A DNA stretch of 63,972 nucleotides, filler included, from Blastocystis sp. subtype 4 (lineage: Eukaryota): NCBI RefSeq assembly GCF_000743755.1. It is 6 parts of 6 records of this genome, joined end to end, with 100 filler letters (N's around TTAATTAATTAA, not from the genome) between each part and the next. Parts side by side here need not be neighbours in the genome. Positions count along the whole stretch, not along the records: positions 43,916 to 54,787 come from NW_014569227.1; positions 54,888 to 63,972 come from NW_014569190.1; 4 more parts are not named here. One strand, 5' to 3'. The notes beneath the pieces were generated by a model, which did no database searches, was not told where the DNA came from, and saw nothing but the letters and a program-made list of their open reading frames with translations. Numbering within the stretch: position 1 is the first letter of the stretch; each line of letters begins with the position of its first letter. Positions 48,394 to 63,527 of the stretch are shown one piece after another. The translations under genes were made by a program, and so were the position numbers.

Positions 48394-51300
48394 TCATTCT
48401 TGAACAAATTGCGTATTCATCATGGCTTCCAAGAACTGTTTTGCTTCCACATTTAGAGATGCCACAATCTCATTTATCATCTTCTCTTTCGTCGTCATTA
48501 ACTCCTATAACTAAACTCCTTCTTCATTCCTTACTCTCATAGTCTCTTGGAAGTAGACCATCTCATTCATTACTGTGACTTGGTTGATCAAATGTTCATC
48601 AATCTCACTACAATCTCCTTCTAATCCACTTAGTGCTTCCAGTTGTTTCAAATCCATATCACGCAAATTCTCCTCTCCATCCTCTCCTACATCCTGTTCC
48701 TCATCATAACCCCAGTCATTTTCCTTGAACGTTCCACTATGTAGACGTTCTATCAATTCGTCATAGTCCACTTCATTATCATCATCCCTCGTATTTTGCT
48801 TCTTCTGATACTCTTCCATAGCCGAATTCGCTACTGTCAAAATCAGGTTAAATGTTGGAATGACAGAATTCATCAAGCTTTGTGGATACACAGGCAATCG
48901 AAGAAGAGACAACAACGATATAAGTAAGAGCCGAATTGAGAGGTAAGTATAATGGTACTCAGAATACTGAATCACTAACTCCAGGAACTATGAGTAAGAA
49001 AATCAACTGATCAAAACCCGATCAAAACAGTTTAACTGAATCATACGTTCTACAGTGAAATCCCTTCGTATGATAATTAAGGACTCGATAACCATCAGAG
49101 CACGTACCTATGAAACTGAAGGAGTCAATCAATCATACAATGCAATCAGTTGCATTCTCTATGTAATATGCGTTCATCTGCTCATCGTCTGAATCTTGAG
49201 TACTTTGCTGTTCAAGATTTGTGATATAAGCCTGTTTAGCTTGAATGAATCGAATAGTAATATCAAGTGATACATCACATAGCATATCCAAGTTAGCTAC
49301 AAAGAGATTAGAACGATAGCCATAAACATTGGTAGTATAAGCATAGGTCAATCAATTACCCACCATCACTCACACTTAACCACTCATTCATTCACTCATA
49401 GACTATCATTCACTGACTTCATCATTCACTCACACTCATTCAATCACCCACGATCATTCATTCACTCACTCACACTCATTCAATCACCCACCATCACTCA
49501 TTCACTCACTGCCACATCACTTACGATACAAATAATGAACCACATTCATCAATACTCCTAAAGCATATGACTGTTCACTTTCTGTTAACTCCGGATCAAA
49601 TGCCACATCATTCACAAAATTCAGCAGAAGCTGAAGATAATTCACTCCATTGAAAGATCGATTCAACATATCAGAAGAACTAACAATCAAATCTTATTCT
49701 CATTCTCACTCAATATTCAAATAACAATCCAGAACAGGGAATAAACCACTTATAAAATCAATTGCTTCTTTTTGAATAATTAGAAGCAGATGAGGGAAAC
49801 ATTGCCATATCACTATTCATCATACAAACAAGCAATGTTTACACTCTCGTGTAGTATTAGCATTATCATAGAAATGAACCACTGTACGCAAAATCAATAA
49901 ACATGCATCCATAAAATCACTATTCTTATCCACAAATACCTTCTATTTTTGTCATTCCTATATCAATGCATACCATTATTACAGGCATTACAATCTGAAC
50001 AACAGAATCATACATCATCGGTTCTTGACAAGCATTCATAACAACACTACTGACACAATCCAGAGTACTCATAGCTGTGAACATGGCAGTATCATTATCT
50101 TCATCTTGAGTATACTGTTTAAATGCTTGTAACAGAACAGAAACGATTTGAACACTTCGGTTCATCACAGCAGAACTGAAACGATTCACCAACACGTCAA
50201 AGCTTTGCATAACCCCTTCAACAGCAACACGTTGAAGGACCATGATGAACTGAGAGATAATATGATCAAGATGACTGAGAATAATTTGTTGTGATTCATC
50301 CATGTTGAAGAATGGCTGAAGAGAAATGGCTGCACTAATAACCACGGGGAATTCAGAATCACCAAGACATGTAACCAATTGATTGAGTACAGAAGTCTAT
50401 GTATCATAGCAACAATGAATCATTACCAAATGGTCGTTGGATAGAGTAAGCTTCTTGAACTCAGCATAGAGTCGACAAGCACGTGCTCGGAGGAACCCAC
50501 AAGGAGATGAAAATTCAGGGAATACGTAATCTACGAGAACCTTTTCCTAGCAGTGAGAAGAGAATGGAATTTGATACAACTGCATTACGAATCGAATCCT
50601 TTGATAGCATATTTGGTGATAATACTTCTAAAGCGTACAATTGCCACTCTTTTGCCATGTAATCACGCTGAGTTGGGTCAACAGCATTATAACTAAACAG
50701 TAAATGATAAGGGGTAGGGGTACGAATCAAACTGACTCATCATAAATTGAAGGAATGGCATTAAAATATCATTAGCACGGACTTTAGCAAGATGACGAAG
50801 GAAATCACCTGCTTCCACTCGTACATTGGTGTAGTTGTAATAAACCTGATGGTTAGAATGCGAATCTCAAGAGAGTTGTCAGTTAGTCCTCACTGTCACT
50901 CACAATCACATGACAGATATTACCAGGCTCTCATTCACATACATCAAATCAGTCACAATCATTTACACATTCAACACTTATCACCTACATCATAAACTTG
51001 ATTGACAAATTGAATCGGATCCTCTTTCCACAATACTTGTTCATCTTTTGAAATGGCCAAAGCCACAGGTAACACACTATTAATTATCCATGGAATCTGT
51101 GGTTTGATCAGTTTATAGAGAGATGAATAATCAATCACTCCTTTAAGGAAAGTGAAGTATTTAATTGTCAATTTGTTATAATAATATAATGACTAATAGT
51201 AATTTATAATTATTATAGAATCACTTGACGATATACATCCAACTGTTTCAATAAGACATTTACTATGGATGGAGCATAGACTCCAATCCAATTACTAAAA

Positions 51301-52405
51301 TCCCCATGATTATCGTCATTCTTCATTCTACTACTAATCAACTAAATCATTCCTTACGAGAGAAGATTTCCATTTACTCGATTCACAATAGCCATGGCCC
51401 ATTTCTTACAATGCCATTCTGGTAGCAAACTCAATTCACTTGATGGAATATCCGGATTGAAATTATCTGGAGAAATTGGTGCCATTTCCAAAACAGCCTT
51501 GATATTAGGAATTCCAATAATACTCGTACTTTACATAATTCCACTATTGTTCCCAAATTATTAACCTCAAGAAGAGAGACATCTTTCGAAGTTACATCCA
51601 AACCAGTATATAACATCTTGAGAACTAATGACAATGTCATCAGATCATCTTCCGACAAAGGATGAGACTATGAATTACACAGGTGAGATCAAATCGACCA
51701 TTGTATTCTGAACCCATTGGAAGATAACAGGATGAAAATGTTGATTCAATGCATGAACAGGAGTTTTGTCTGCACGATACTGATAACTACGTAAGAGACA
51801 CTTTAGAATAAGAATAAAATAGGGAAAATACTCGAATTACAAAGATAGAGTTATAGAATTGAGAGTGTGACTGAGATGAGATCGCTGTTTCAATTTGAGG
51901 AACAGCTTCAGGCCATTTGGACGGAAAATCACACTACATATCAAAGACGTATTTCATTTCAACTCCAGAGATTTCTTCAATTGCTACTCCCATCAATCCG
52001 ATTACCGTTTGATCAGTCAATCCACAAACAGTCTAAATAGTGAAATAAAACACTAAAGATGACTGGAATAAGATGCTGACGAATAAACGCCTTATCCTCA
52101 TCAGAGATTAATTGTTGCTTATCGTTGTCATAGCGATTGTGAAGTCTGTTCTTCAGGGCGATTGCTGCACTCTAGAATATTACAAAACTCAGTATCAGCA
52201 AGTACCAATTTCACGCTTTTCGACATTTCCGCATTACCAAGAATCATAAGTAAAATAGGGAAGAACCCTGGAGTCGTAGTCATCTACCAGTAATGGAACA
52301 CTAATTAGATAATACTCCTTTTAATGCTTTTTCCGCCTCATTACGCCGTTGATCATTGCTGTCTCGTGTTGCATTCAAGACTTCAATCACTGTCTCAACA
52401 TTCAT
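48394..52405 (-). CDS. Importin-7/8 family karyopherin, multi-exon
   Basis: RRNEAEKALKE..PGFF..SAAIALKN, DFPSKWP, EWHCKKWA, LWKEDPIQFV, SPCGFLRARAC, FPVVISAAISL; acidic C-terminal loop. Confidence 0.88.
49351..49520. repeat. Degenerate (TCAC/TCAT)n tandem repeat inside an expanded importin intron
   Basis: Duplicated ~40-nt unit cactcattcaatcacccac..tcattcactcact. Confidence 0.8.
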
Positions 52406-52907
52406 GACTAAAGAAACGTTATTTCACGAAATACACCGGTAGAACAACAAAATAAGAATGACAAATAACATTCAACTTACTTGATATACAGAATACTCTC
52501 TTAATGAGATTATCTGGTAACCATTCGTGCGGTAGTCAAAATAGTCTCGATTTATGGCATTCTGTAATTGGATTCACTTTCCACATTTATGACATAACTC
52601 AAGACGTAAAACGCTCAGAACCAGTTGGAATGCAAGAAATACTGGATTCTCCAAGAATGTTGAATTGATATTTTATTCTATTCTATGGAGTTGCATTAGG
52701 AAAAAGAGAGAACATCAGACAATTCTAATTCGGAATAAGCAAGAAAAACAATCATAACAAGATGGCCCCTAATTCCCATCTTCGTTCTCAGAGAATTAGG
52801 AATATTCTTGTCATCACTACCCTAATTTCGATTTCTTATTCATTTCTCCATTACTGATGTTATTCTGTGTTTATTCCATTCTTAAATCGATATCGGAGAT
52901 ATGTATA

Positions 52908-54307
52908 ATGGAACTGACGAAGATCCAAAGTCAATCATCTGAAACGAAGATCTCGTTACCAACAGAGTTATGTGGATACTCTGTAACTGTTTCATATGAA
53001 CCGAAGAAGGTTATTATTGTTAATACTGATGTTGATAATCACTGGGCTAATGTAGTGATTGATTCTAATTCAGATGTATTGTCGTATATTCTCTTCAATT
53101 CTAAAGGAGATCCATTTGAATGCGGTTCGTTTTCTCTTAGTAACGCTCCAGAGGATAGTGAAATGATTGATATGACGTCAGAAGATTATGAATACACATT
53201 TCAACTATCAAACTGTTCTCAATTAACATCCCTTCCCCTTTGTACTATGATATTGGATGTAAATGGAAGCACAAAAGAGATGAATTCTTTGGAAAGTTTA
53301 GATTTCCATTTCTACCCTGCATTACGAGAGATCGTGATTAGGAATTCGTCCTTCAAGAATGTCAAGAAATTATTCTTTACATCGCTTTCGTTTCTAGAAT
53401 CAATCATAATCGGCAAGAATTGTTTTACAACTACAGAAAATGAGATTTCAATGACTGCAGATCGTGTTGTTCATATTTCTGGCTGTTCAGCACTCGAGTC
53501 CATTACAGTTGAAGACTATAGTCTGTCTGAGTGTTGTGATCTTCAGATCAAGTGTAATCCAAGTTTAAAGACAATTAATTTTGGCTCATTTTCCTTTTTC
53601 AATTGTCCAGATTTCATTTTAGATGGTAATTTGATTTCGTTGTTCTCATATCAAGATCTTCCTTCTCTTCAAACAATCAGTCTCGGAGAGTTCTCTTTCT
53701 TCAATGTACATACGATTCAACTTTCAAGTATATTTTTTGAGATGGATGAACTAAAGATGATCCTTCCCTCCAATTGTTGAAGCTTCAGGAATCTACTCTT
53801 TTAGGAGATTCCTCAGATGATCGAAAGACTCAGTTGGAACCACCTTATGGTTATGAAAACACTATTGTGTTTGAGAGTAGAGTGTATGAAGAATGGCTCA
53901 ATAGATTTACCTCAATTCAATCAAGTGATTTCAACAGCAAATCGAAATATGTGTAACTTCAAACGAATCACCATTCATCATGTCTGTCCACTGAAGGAAT
54001 TGCGTGTTGGATTGTATAGCTTTGTTAACATAATGGAATTTGATATTGATGGTAGGAATGAAGGGAAAATGTTGAATTGATAGAAAGTGAGGGATGGAAA
54101 GAGGAGATACAAAAGCATGTGTTTATAGTCAACTTGGAGAATAGGAGGGATATGGAGGAAGAAGAGATGGAAGGGAGTGAAGAAGATGATGAAGATGAAG
54201 ATCAGGAGAGTGAAGAAATGGAAGATGAGGAACAAACTGAGGAAGTGAATGAGCATGATGAGAACAGCAGTAGTCACAGTGAAGACAATTCGGATCCTGA
54301 TTCTTAA
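52908..54307 (+). CDS. LRR-like (BspA-like) protein with acidic tail, multi-exon
   Basis: Repeats LESIIIGKNCF, LESITVEDYSL, LKTINFGSFSF, LQTISLGEFSF. Confidence 0.7.
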
Positions 54308-54787
54308 GAATGAAAGAGATACTGAGTTGATTCATACAAATGGAACTGAAGGAACATAATAAGTGGTACTGATTGTTTGTTGAATGAGTTTGAATTGATT
54401 GAGAAATGGTAGGATTGATGTTTGATTGATTGTAATGTGAAATGATAGAAACTGATTAGAATCACGGGAATGAATGATAAGATGAAGAGACTGATTGTGA
54501 GATGATTGAATATGATGAATGGAATGGAGTGATGAATATGAATAGAATAGTTGAATATGGATAGAATGAGTGATAATCACTGTCAATCCCTTCCATCTCA
54601 TATTCATTATGATTTCATTAATATGAAGGGTAATGAATTGCTCATAGAATGATTGGAAACAATATCGAATTGAGTGTATCGAAGTCGAAAGAGAGATATC
54701 TGGATGATTATGAGTTGGAGTCAATAGAAATGAAGAAAGGAGAGGAAGGAGAGAATGGAGAAGCGATTGTTCATTACAAGAAGAATG

Positions 54788-54887
54788 NNNNNNNNNNNNN
54801 NNNNNNNNNNNNNNNNNNNNNNNNNNNNNNNTTAATTAATTAANNNNNNNNNNNNNNNNNNNNNNNNNNNNNNNNNNNNNNNNNNNN
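54788..54887. other. Artificial contig linker
   Basis: 44 N + TTAATTAATTAA + 44 N. Confidence 0.98.
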
Positions 54888-54992
54888 TTCGTGATTGGTG
54901 AGGGAGCTGAACCCATGGTCTCTCTTCCTAAGGGAAATGGCATCAAGCTGACCATCATCGAGGAGAAGAAGGCCAGAGAACACAGAACTTGA
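54888..54992 (+). CDS. RPS4: 40S ribosomal protein S4/eS4, C-terminal fragment
   Basis: [28 protein letters not shown]. Confidence 0.88.
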   Translation, partial: FVIGEGAEPMVSLPKGNGIKLTIIEEKKAREHRT

Positions 54993-55049
54993 AGAATGTG
55001 CATAAGAAATGGAGCTTGAGTTGTTTCTTAACAAACACTCTAACCACAC

Positions 55050-55945
55050 TTAGTTCTTCTTCTTATCCTTCGGCAAGAAGTCAGACTTCTCCACAGACTT
55101 GGTATTCTTCACGGGCTTCTTGGAAGCAGAGCAATAGTTGAACAGGAACATCACACCCACCACCAACATCGCAACAATGGAGATCCTATCAATCAATACC
55201 CTCGTCATCCCTTACAATCGAATATCCCATACACTGCTATGGTCAACCACCTCCACAGTCTCATTGAAAAACGTCGTAGCATAGTAGTCACTATCAGTCT
55301 CGTAGAAGATTGTCAGAGCCATCTGATACTCCTGAGGGTCGATGAAGTTGTACAGACCAAACACATACAAGAAGTTCATCTCATAGCCAGGATACAGAGT
55401 GGAATTGAAGTTACGCTCTGTGAACTAACCATTACACTTCAATCACAGTTCTACATTCTGGTGATACACAGCAAAGTTGTTCGCATCGTTCAGAGATCCC
55501 ATGCAGTTGGTAATATTGTACACAGCTACACCTGTGTTCTTCAGATTCACAATCACACGAATAGGCTCAGCAACTGGGAAAAGCCAATCCACGTTTCTCA
55601 TCCTACCTGTCAAGAACTTGTAGGTTACTTCAATATCTGAAGAAGGCTCAGGAATATCAGTCAGGGGATGAACAGGCATACGAATGGCCTTCATAACCAT
55701 AGGCTCCTCCTCATCTGCATCATACGAAACATCATCATCAACCTCCTCAGGCTCCTCAATAGTGGCATCGAGAATGTCATCGATATTATCATCATCCTCT
55801 GGAATAGCAGCTTCAACGGCAGTATCTTCAGCATAAGCAGGTACTGGTTAAGGTAACAACGGTATTCAGACAAATCAAGGATATGTACAGCAGCAAGACA
55901 GAGAACAACGAAGAAGAGCAAAGATAAAAGGTATGAGAATCTCAT
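55050..55945 (-). CDS. SSR1: Translocon-associated protein alpha (complete copy), multi-exon
   Basis: Signal peptide MRFSYLLSLLFFVVLCLA, acidic N-region, lumenal domain, TM, basic tail. Confidence 0.82.
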
Positions 55946-56037
55946 TAGTAGTATACAGGAATAATTGGTGAAGAAAGGCGAAATGAATATGACAGTGATC
56001 GAACATATTGATGATCAAGAAACAAATCGTATAAGTA

Positions 56038-57793
56038 TTATAACACATCAATCTCTTCTACAAACTGTTCATATGATTGAGTACCTGTATTGTTCATAAC
56101 AGCAATAATAAAGGCTTTTAAGGAGTCTTCACAGTTGTCAAGAAGAGCGAGCGATGCACTTGGCGAATTAAAGGTGCAACGAATCAAATCCACATTTACC
56201 TTACTATTTTGAATCCCTACAGCTAATTTCAATAGTTCAATCTTACATTCCTTTGTTACTTCTTCAGGAGGTGGAATCTTATCTAAATTCAATAACTGAC
56301 AGATTATATGTGTTGAGTTTTGCGATGCCCTACTAATAATCATGCTTCTAAAGTCTCACATCAGAGAGTAATGTAAAGCAGTTTTCCCATTTCCATCCAC
56401 AGGCGTCACAGATACATGGCATTGAAGTAAACGACGAACAATCACACTCATTCCCTTCTCTGCTGCTAACATCAACGCTGTCTGCCCTTTGTGATTGACA
56501 GCCCCAGGAATTGCACTATACTCAACCATTCCATCCAAATCGTACTAATAAACACGTGTCTTATCAGGACCCATTCGACTCTTCGATATGAATGTCAGAG
56601 CGATCATATCTTGACCTTCTTGAATACTTACCATCAGAGGCGTATCTCCAGAGCTGTTTCGAACATCCAATAGGGATCCACAGCTCATCAATGACTGAAC
56701 CATTCGGAAATCATGAGCCCGAATTGCCGCGAAAATGGGTGTTTCTCCGTTCTCATCACCAAGAGTCAAGAACTAGTCTCATAATAAGATCATAAATCTA
56801 CCATTGGGAAATCTTGCTTATTTGGCATGGAATTCATCAAGATCCGAAGGAAACGATAATCCCCACACATGGCGGCATAATGGAAGATACATCTAAAATG
56901 TATATTAACTTCTACTCCTACTTTTCTGTCTTCGTTTCGGACCGAGTAAAACTGTGAGGTTCGCGCAATTGCACCAAAAACTCATAAGTACTTTTATGAT
57001 GACAAATTAGAGAAAGGGAGAGGGGATTCAAGCCCTAAATTACAAACACAATCTTATAGTACATGAAAATTCCATAGTTCCCCACGATTCTCTACATCAA
57101 CTGCTCGTTTGAGAAGAGGAATATCTCCTATTACGGCAGCCATGTGCATCAAAGGAGGTCGTTCCTCATATGATTTACGTGTTGAATAGGGGATGAAGAG
57201 AGTAAGAATGCGTAATGAAGCGACTTCCACACCTGATGGGTCCAAAAACGGCAACACAAGTTCTTGAAAAGGTAAGGTATATGCAATCCGTGTTTTCTGA
57301 TCCAAAAAAGGACAATCTGGAGTGTAAGGTGTTTCTTCAGTTACGGCTTTGTAGTTGTCTCCCATCTCATACTGACGTTCGATCATCCATTTCTTATAAA
57401 TACAGTTCAATAACCGAAAGGATGCAGTGAACTGAGTCTTTGGTTTCCGCAGAAAACGCTTCCGTTGCAACGAAACAGTGATAGATGTATTTCCATAATA
57501 TACAATTCCGTCAAATACAAAGGACTTGTTTATTGTTGTGTCGAGACGAATTGCATTCTCTACAGCTCATATTCGGTTCTTTACTGATACCTGTTCGTTT
57601 ACTGCGACCCCAAATATTGACATCTACATAATACTTGGATGGATCTATCAGTCAAACACTTGAAATGTTATTACTGGATGTGTCACTCTTTGTTGAAGAG
57701 TCTAATGACAACACTACATGTAAACTATAACATATAGAAACTTTTCACGTATAGCATTCCACAGCCATCTCCGTAAGAATACAAGAAGGCCAT
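56038..57793 (-). CDS. Ankyrin-repeat protein with a possible N-terminal C2-like domain, multi-exon
   Basis: GETPIFAA, GDTPLMVS, GQTALMLAA, GKTALHYS; upstream exons with GMLYVK..YYVDVNIW..KSFVF..ITVSL look C2-like (weak). Confidence 0.7.
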
Positions 57794-57931
57794 ACTTCAC
57801 TACAGAACCAAATGACAATACGGATTGTCACGGATTATGGCGCAAAAAGGGGTTTGCCTAACAAACAAATAACACCCAAATACCCAGAATTAAAGAACAT
57901 ACAGACTATCCATCACTCCAAAAATCAATTC

Positions 57932-58585
57932 TTACACTTCACCTCCATGCTTTCTGAACTCCACTTTCTCTTTCTTNTCAACCACATTCAGACTGCGGAG
58001 TCGGCGTCCAATACTCGCAATCACACACTTGTCCTCCACATTCTTCACCCACACCTCAATACGACCACCTTTGTTCTTCATCACCACACTCACTCCACAA
58101 ACACTCTCGCCACTTGGGTCCATACTTTCTCCGATCACAGATAACAAAAGGGTAATCCATTTGTCTTCACCAATCCACTCTGTAGGACGAACAGCAAAAC
58201 GCTACCCTTCAAACCCAAACACGAACCCATACCCAACTTCCACCATTTGTGTTGTTCTCATCTTCCCAAGAAGGGCTAATTCCTTCCTACTCTTAAACTC
58301 ACTTTCCACAACTTACCTTGAAGTAGTGATACTTGCAATTGGATCCCAACTTACGAATAGGAAGAATATTGTTGTAAATACACCAAAAGTCCTCTACTGT
58401 CGAAAAGGAAGCAATGGGCTTTTGCTGACTGCTCCATTCAGTGTCTTCTCTATTCTATCACCATTCTCCATCCATTTAATACTCTATTGTCTCAGGACGA
58501 CACTCATACCACAAAGTCCAGGTATTGTTCAACTGGTTCTATTCCATGACTTCAAGCAGAGAAATCTCACCTTTTCAGCAGACAT
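57932..58585 (-). CDS. eIF4E: Translation initiation factor eIF4E, multi-exon
   Basis: LNNTWTLWY, FSTVEDFWCIYNNI, YHYFK.GISPSWEDENNTNGG, WITLLLSVIGE, VCGVSV, RIEVW. Confidence 0.92.
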
Positions 58586-58717
58586 CGTTGATAGACCTCA
58601 ACTATTCTATTGATTCCATTCTCAAATCGATTCCCGCGATTCTCCTCTTGTTTTAGCGGTGAGTACTCAGTCCTTGTTTTCAACAAACAATTCTATTTCT
58701 AAACGAATGGCACTCCC

Positions 58718-60278
<1,561 letters not shown>

Positions 60279-60602
60279 GAGGATGATTGTGACTCTTCGT
60301 CAAAGAATAGGTTGAAGGAGAAAAGAGTATGTGTCAAGTAATGATTCATTCACATGATAATCGTCAGGAGTGAGATGTCTCCATTATCTTCAGAACTTGT
60401 TATTTATCAACTGAAGAGTAACACCTATCGATTTAATTAGGAGTGAACCAAATGTAATGTTGAGTAATATAGAATCCAGTTCCCCCGGATTGATTATTAA
60501 TAGTATTCTGCATAATTCTCGATCCAGTTCAGTATCCCGGTTATACTTGATTCTAATCTGTTCGGGTTAAATCATATTATTTCTTCTAATACATATTTGA
60601 AT

Positions 60603-61960
60603 ATGCATACCATTGATAAGAATAAGATGGGTTCGCTGTGTAGTATGGCGTCTTCAAGAATTGCCATTGTAACTGATGTATTGGCGAAGTGATTTTCCAG
60701 AGACAGCAAGAGATTAATGGTCAGATTCTTCAACTCAGCAAGGATATTGTGAAGAAGTATCAAAACGGAGATGTTGAAATGGCTCAGATATCTGTATTGC
60801 TATCCCCTTTTGGTTACTGATAGGTTGAAAATGTGATTAATCTGAAGAAGATGGTGGCTGCACTTGAGATCTTGAACTTATACATTCAAACTCTGAACAC
60901 TCGTATCGAGTCTCTTAACTACGAGAAAACGATTCCTGCAAATATGAGAAAGTATATTGCTTCCATTCGCTATTGCAATGGACGTGTTCAGATTAAGGAG
61001 TTGGCTGCAATTAATGCCGAGTTGAAGAATCGTTATGGAAAGGATCTTGAACTTTTGGATGGTGATGTGGATCCTCGTCTCAGCTCTCGTCTGACTCCTT
61101 GTATTCCCAATCCTACAGATGTTCAGGAGGCACTCAATGATATTCTGCGGAAACACAATGTGGCGACTCCAACTGCGGATGGAGCAGAAAATCCTCTCAT
61201 GAAGCTTATGGCTACTGATTCTTCTCCTATTCCTGCTTCATCTCCTACTCCATTCCCTCCTGCTCCTTCTCCATCTTCTGCGGCATTCCCTCCTGCTCCT
61301 TCTCCATCTTCTGCGGCATTCCCTCCTGCTCCTTCATCTCCTACTCCATTCCCTCCTGCTCCTTCTTCTTCTGCAGCATTCCCTCCTGCTCCATCTCCTA
61401 CTCCATTCCCTCCTGCTCCATCTCCATCATCTACGACATTCCCTCCTTCTCCGTCCGCTGCTGCATTTGCCCCTGTTCCACCGGCTCCAACTCCTTCATT
61501 CCCTTCTGCTCCATCTATTCCTCCACTCCCCTCGGCTTCATCTACTGCTTCATTCCCCTCTGCTCCTTCTGTATCATCAAACGCCACCTTCCCTTCTCCA
61601 TCCCCGCTACCTCCTTCATTCCCTTCTGCTCCTTCTGTGTCACAAGACCCTGCGTTCCCTCCTGCTACACTTCCTACTCCTGATTCTTCACCTGTCCCTC
61701 CTTCTAATCTTACTCCTCCCCCACCTCCATTCCCCACCACTTCTGTTACAGATAATAACCCTTCTCAGCCTCCCACTGAGCCCAGCTTCCCCCCAGCAGC
61801 TCAACTGCCTTTTGATACGAATCCTTCGGGAATTCCTGGAGGTCTGCCTCTGCCTGGAGGTGCTCAAATGCCTGTTGCTGCAGATCGTTACGTACCAAAA
61901 GATAGTTATCAAGCTCAGATACCTGATGATTTCTATTCACGATTGAATAATTTAAAGTAG
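60603..61960 (+). CDS. IST1: IST1-like ESCRT-III-associated protein
   Basis: VENVINL..ALEILNLY..RI..IASI..IKEL..RYG..VDPRL..RL; Pro-rich linker; C-terminal MIM-like DDFYSRLNNLK*. Confidence 0.85.
61240..61640 (+). repeat. Coding tandem repeat (FPPAPS/FPSAPS units)
   Basis: Repeated cattccctcctgctcc units. Confidence 0.85.
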
Positions 61961-62001
61961 TCTATGTGTTTTATGATATTCTCTTTCTTAACAAACAAAT
62001 G

Positions 62002-63264
62002 AATGGCGAATCTTCCGATAGTTGGTAACTAAATAACGACGATACTTCTTCCATAATAGTTCCTATTCATCAGCGTCTTGGATCCATCCATACTCGAATA
62101 GGATTATAGAAATATCCGAACAAAGCACCTCCTAAATGACCTGCATGATCAAACGGAGTCTTATGAGAAATCAATCCAAACACATCAAAGGCAATGAGAG
62201 CCAGCATCGCCCATTCTATTGGATCACTTTCCTCTCCAGTTCTTACGTCCACTAAATGGGATAAATGGCAAGAAGATAAGAGACACAGAGATGTCTGGAT
62301 ACTCTTTCACAACCAGAGCCATCACAGCGTATACAGCACCTGAAGCACCTAGAGAGCCAATTGATGTGGCACCAATGAGAAACTTAAACAAGTAGGATAG
62401 GTACGAGGAGAACAAACCAGCAGAGAGATAGAAAGCATAGAATTGTTCACAACCAAGCTTTTCCTACAAAACAGGAAATGAAGAACAAATACATAAGCAA
62501 GTCGACCAAATGAAAAGAGAGCAATCATATTGCATGCAAAATGCCAAAACTGTTGATGAGAAAATGTCGATAACTAGATGAGAAAAGACGAAGATTCTTA
62601 CGCACAGGGAGAGATTGCTAAATTGGTTCGGTCGACAGATGAAATAGCGATTCATCTTATGAGCACAACGAGGAGATGCCCACAGTAACAGAACAAGTGT
62701 GTTTACAGCTACAATAGGAATGATACAGCGCACATATTCATCAACACTCAGCCATTTTGCTTGAAGCCTTGCAAGAAGAGCTACCTATCAACAACAACAA
62801 ATACTTACAATCGCGTTGATTCAACTGAGACCTCCGCATCAATTCGTATCGTCTCCAAATCTCACGCCAGCTATCATTTAGAGCCAAAATCATCAAGTAC
62901 TCGATCCCCAAAGACAATTGAGCCATTGCTCTTTGGAAGAATGATGGAAATCTCTTGGTAGCAAAGCGTAACTTCTCTTCTTGAACAATTATCGCACCAG
63001 AATAGATGACTAGAGAGAAAATCACTTAATCGTATACGTACCAGCAATTCCACCAAATGTGAATAATGTAGGCTTTCCAAACTTCTCAAAAAAACTCCCA
63101 GATGGTTGTGAATACGATCTTTGTCTCGGATAGTAGTGACGAACAAAGTTAGTCAACTGTTGTGATGACATCTTTGACTTCGTGAGACTTGGGAACGCCT
63201 GTTGCATTTCATTTACTCCAGTCCGCACATAAGGAAAGATCCTTGTTGCCGTAACTCGAAACAT
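62002..63264 (-). CDS. PARL: PARL-like mitochondrial rhomboid protease, multi-exon; stop probably completed by poly(A)
   Basis: Presequence-like N-terminus, STFSH, SLGASGAV, FDHAGHLGGALFG; last exon ELLWKKYRRYLVTNYRKIRH. Confidence 0.88.
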
Positions 63265-63527
63265 TGATTATACAGAAATAAATGATATAAGCAAGTATCC
63301 AAAGTGCAATTCTGAATAAGAAACGTCAGTAATAGGACCTCCACATTCAGTAGTACATAATAATTATGTGGTAAATTACGAGTACTATTTGATGGACGAT
63401 AATTCCAGAAACAACGTGTGACTGGTATTGGTATGTTTCAGATGAACTTACTTGTTGCTTTTGAAGTCGTTTCTTCACAGATTCGACGAAGTGTTGTTAC
63501 ATAGTCAAACTAACCCTGGATGTAGAA

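Noticed and set aside
54330..54787. GA-rich region and short ORF at the contig end
   Set aside because: Too short and truncated to assign; may be a decayed or partial member of a multicopy family.
57500..57793. Apparent long intergenic gap as a possible ncRNA
   Set aside because: Better explained as short 5' exons of the ankyrin-repeat gene.
61123..61946. Gly/Ala-rich 205-aa minus-strand ORF and Leu/His-rich plus-strand ORF
   Set aside because: Shadows of the IST1 proline-rich repeat.
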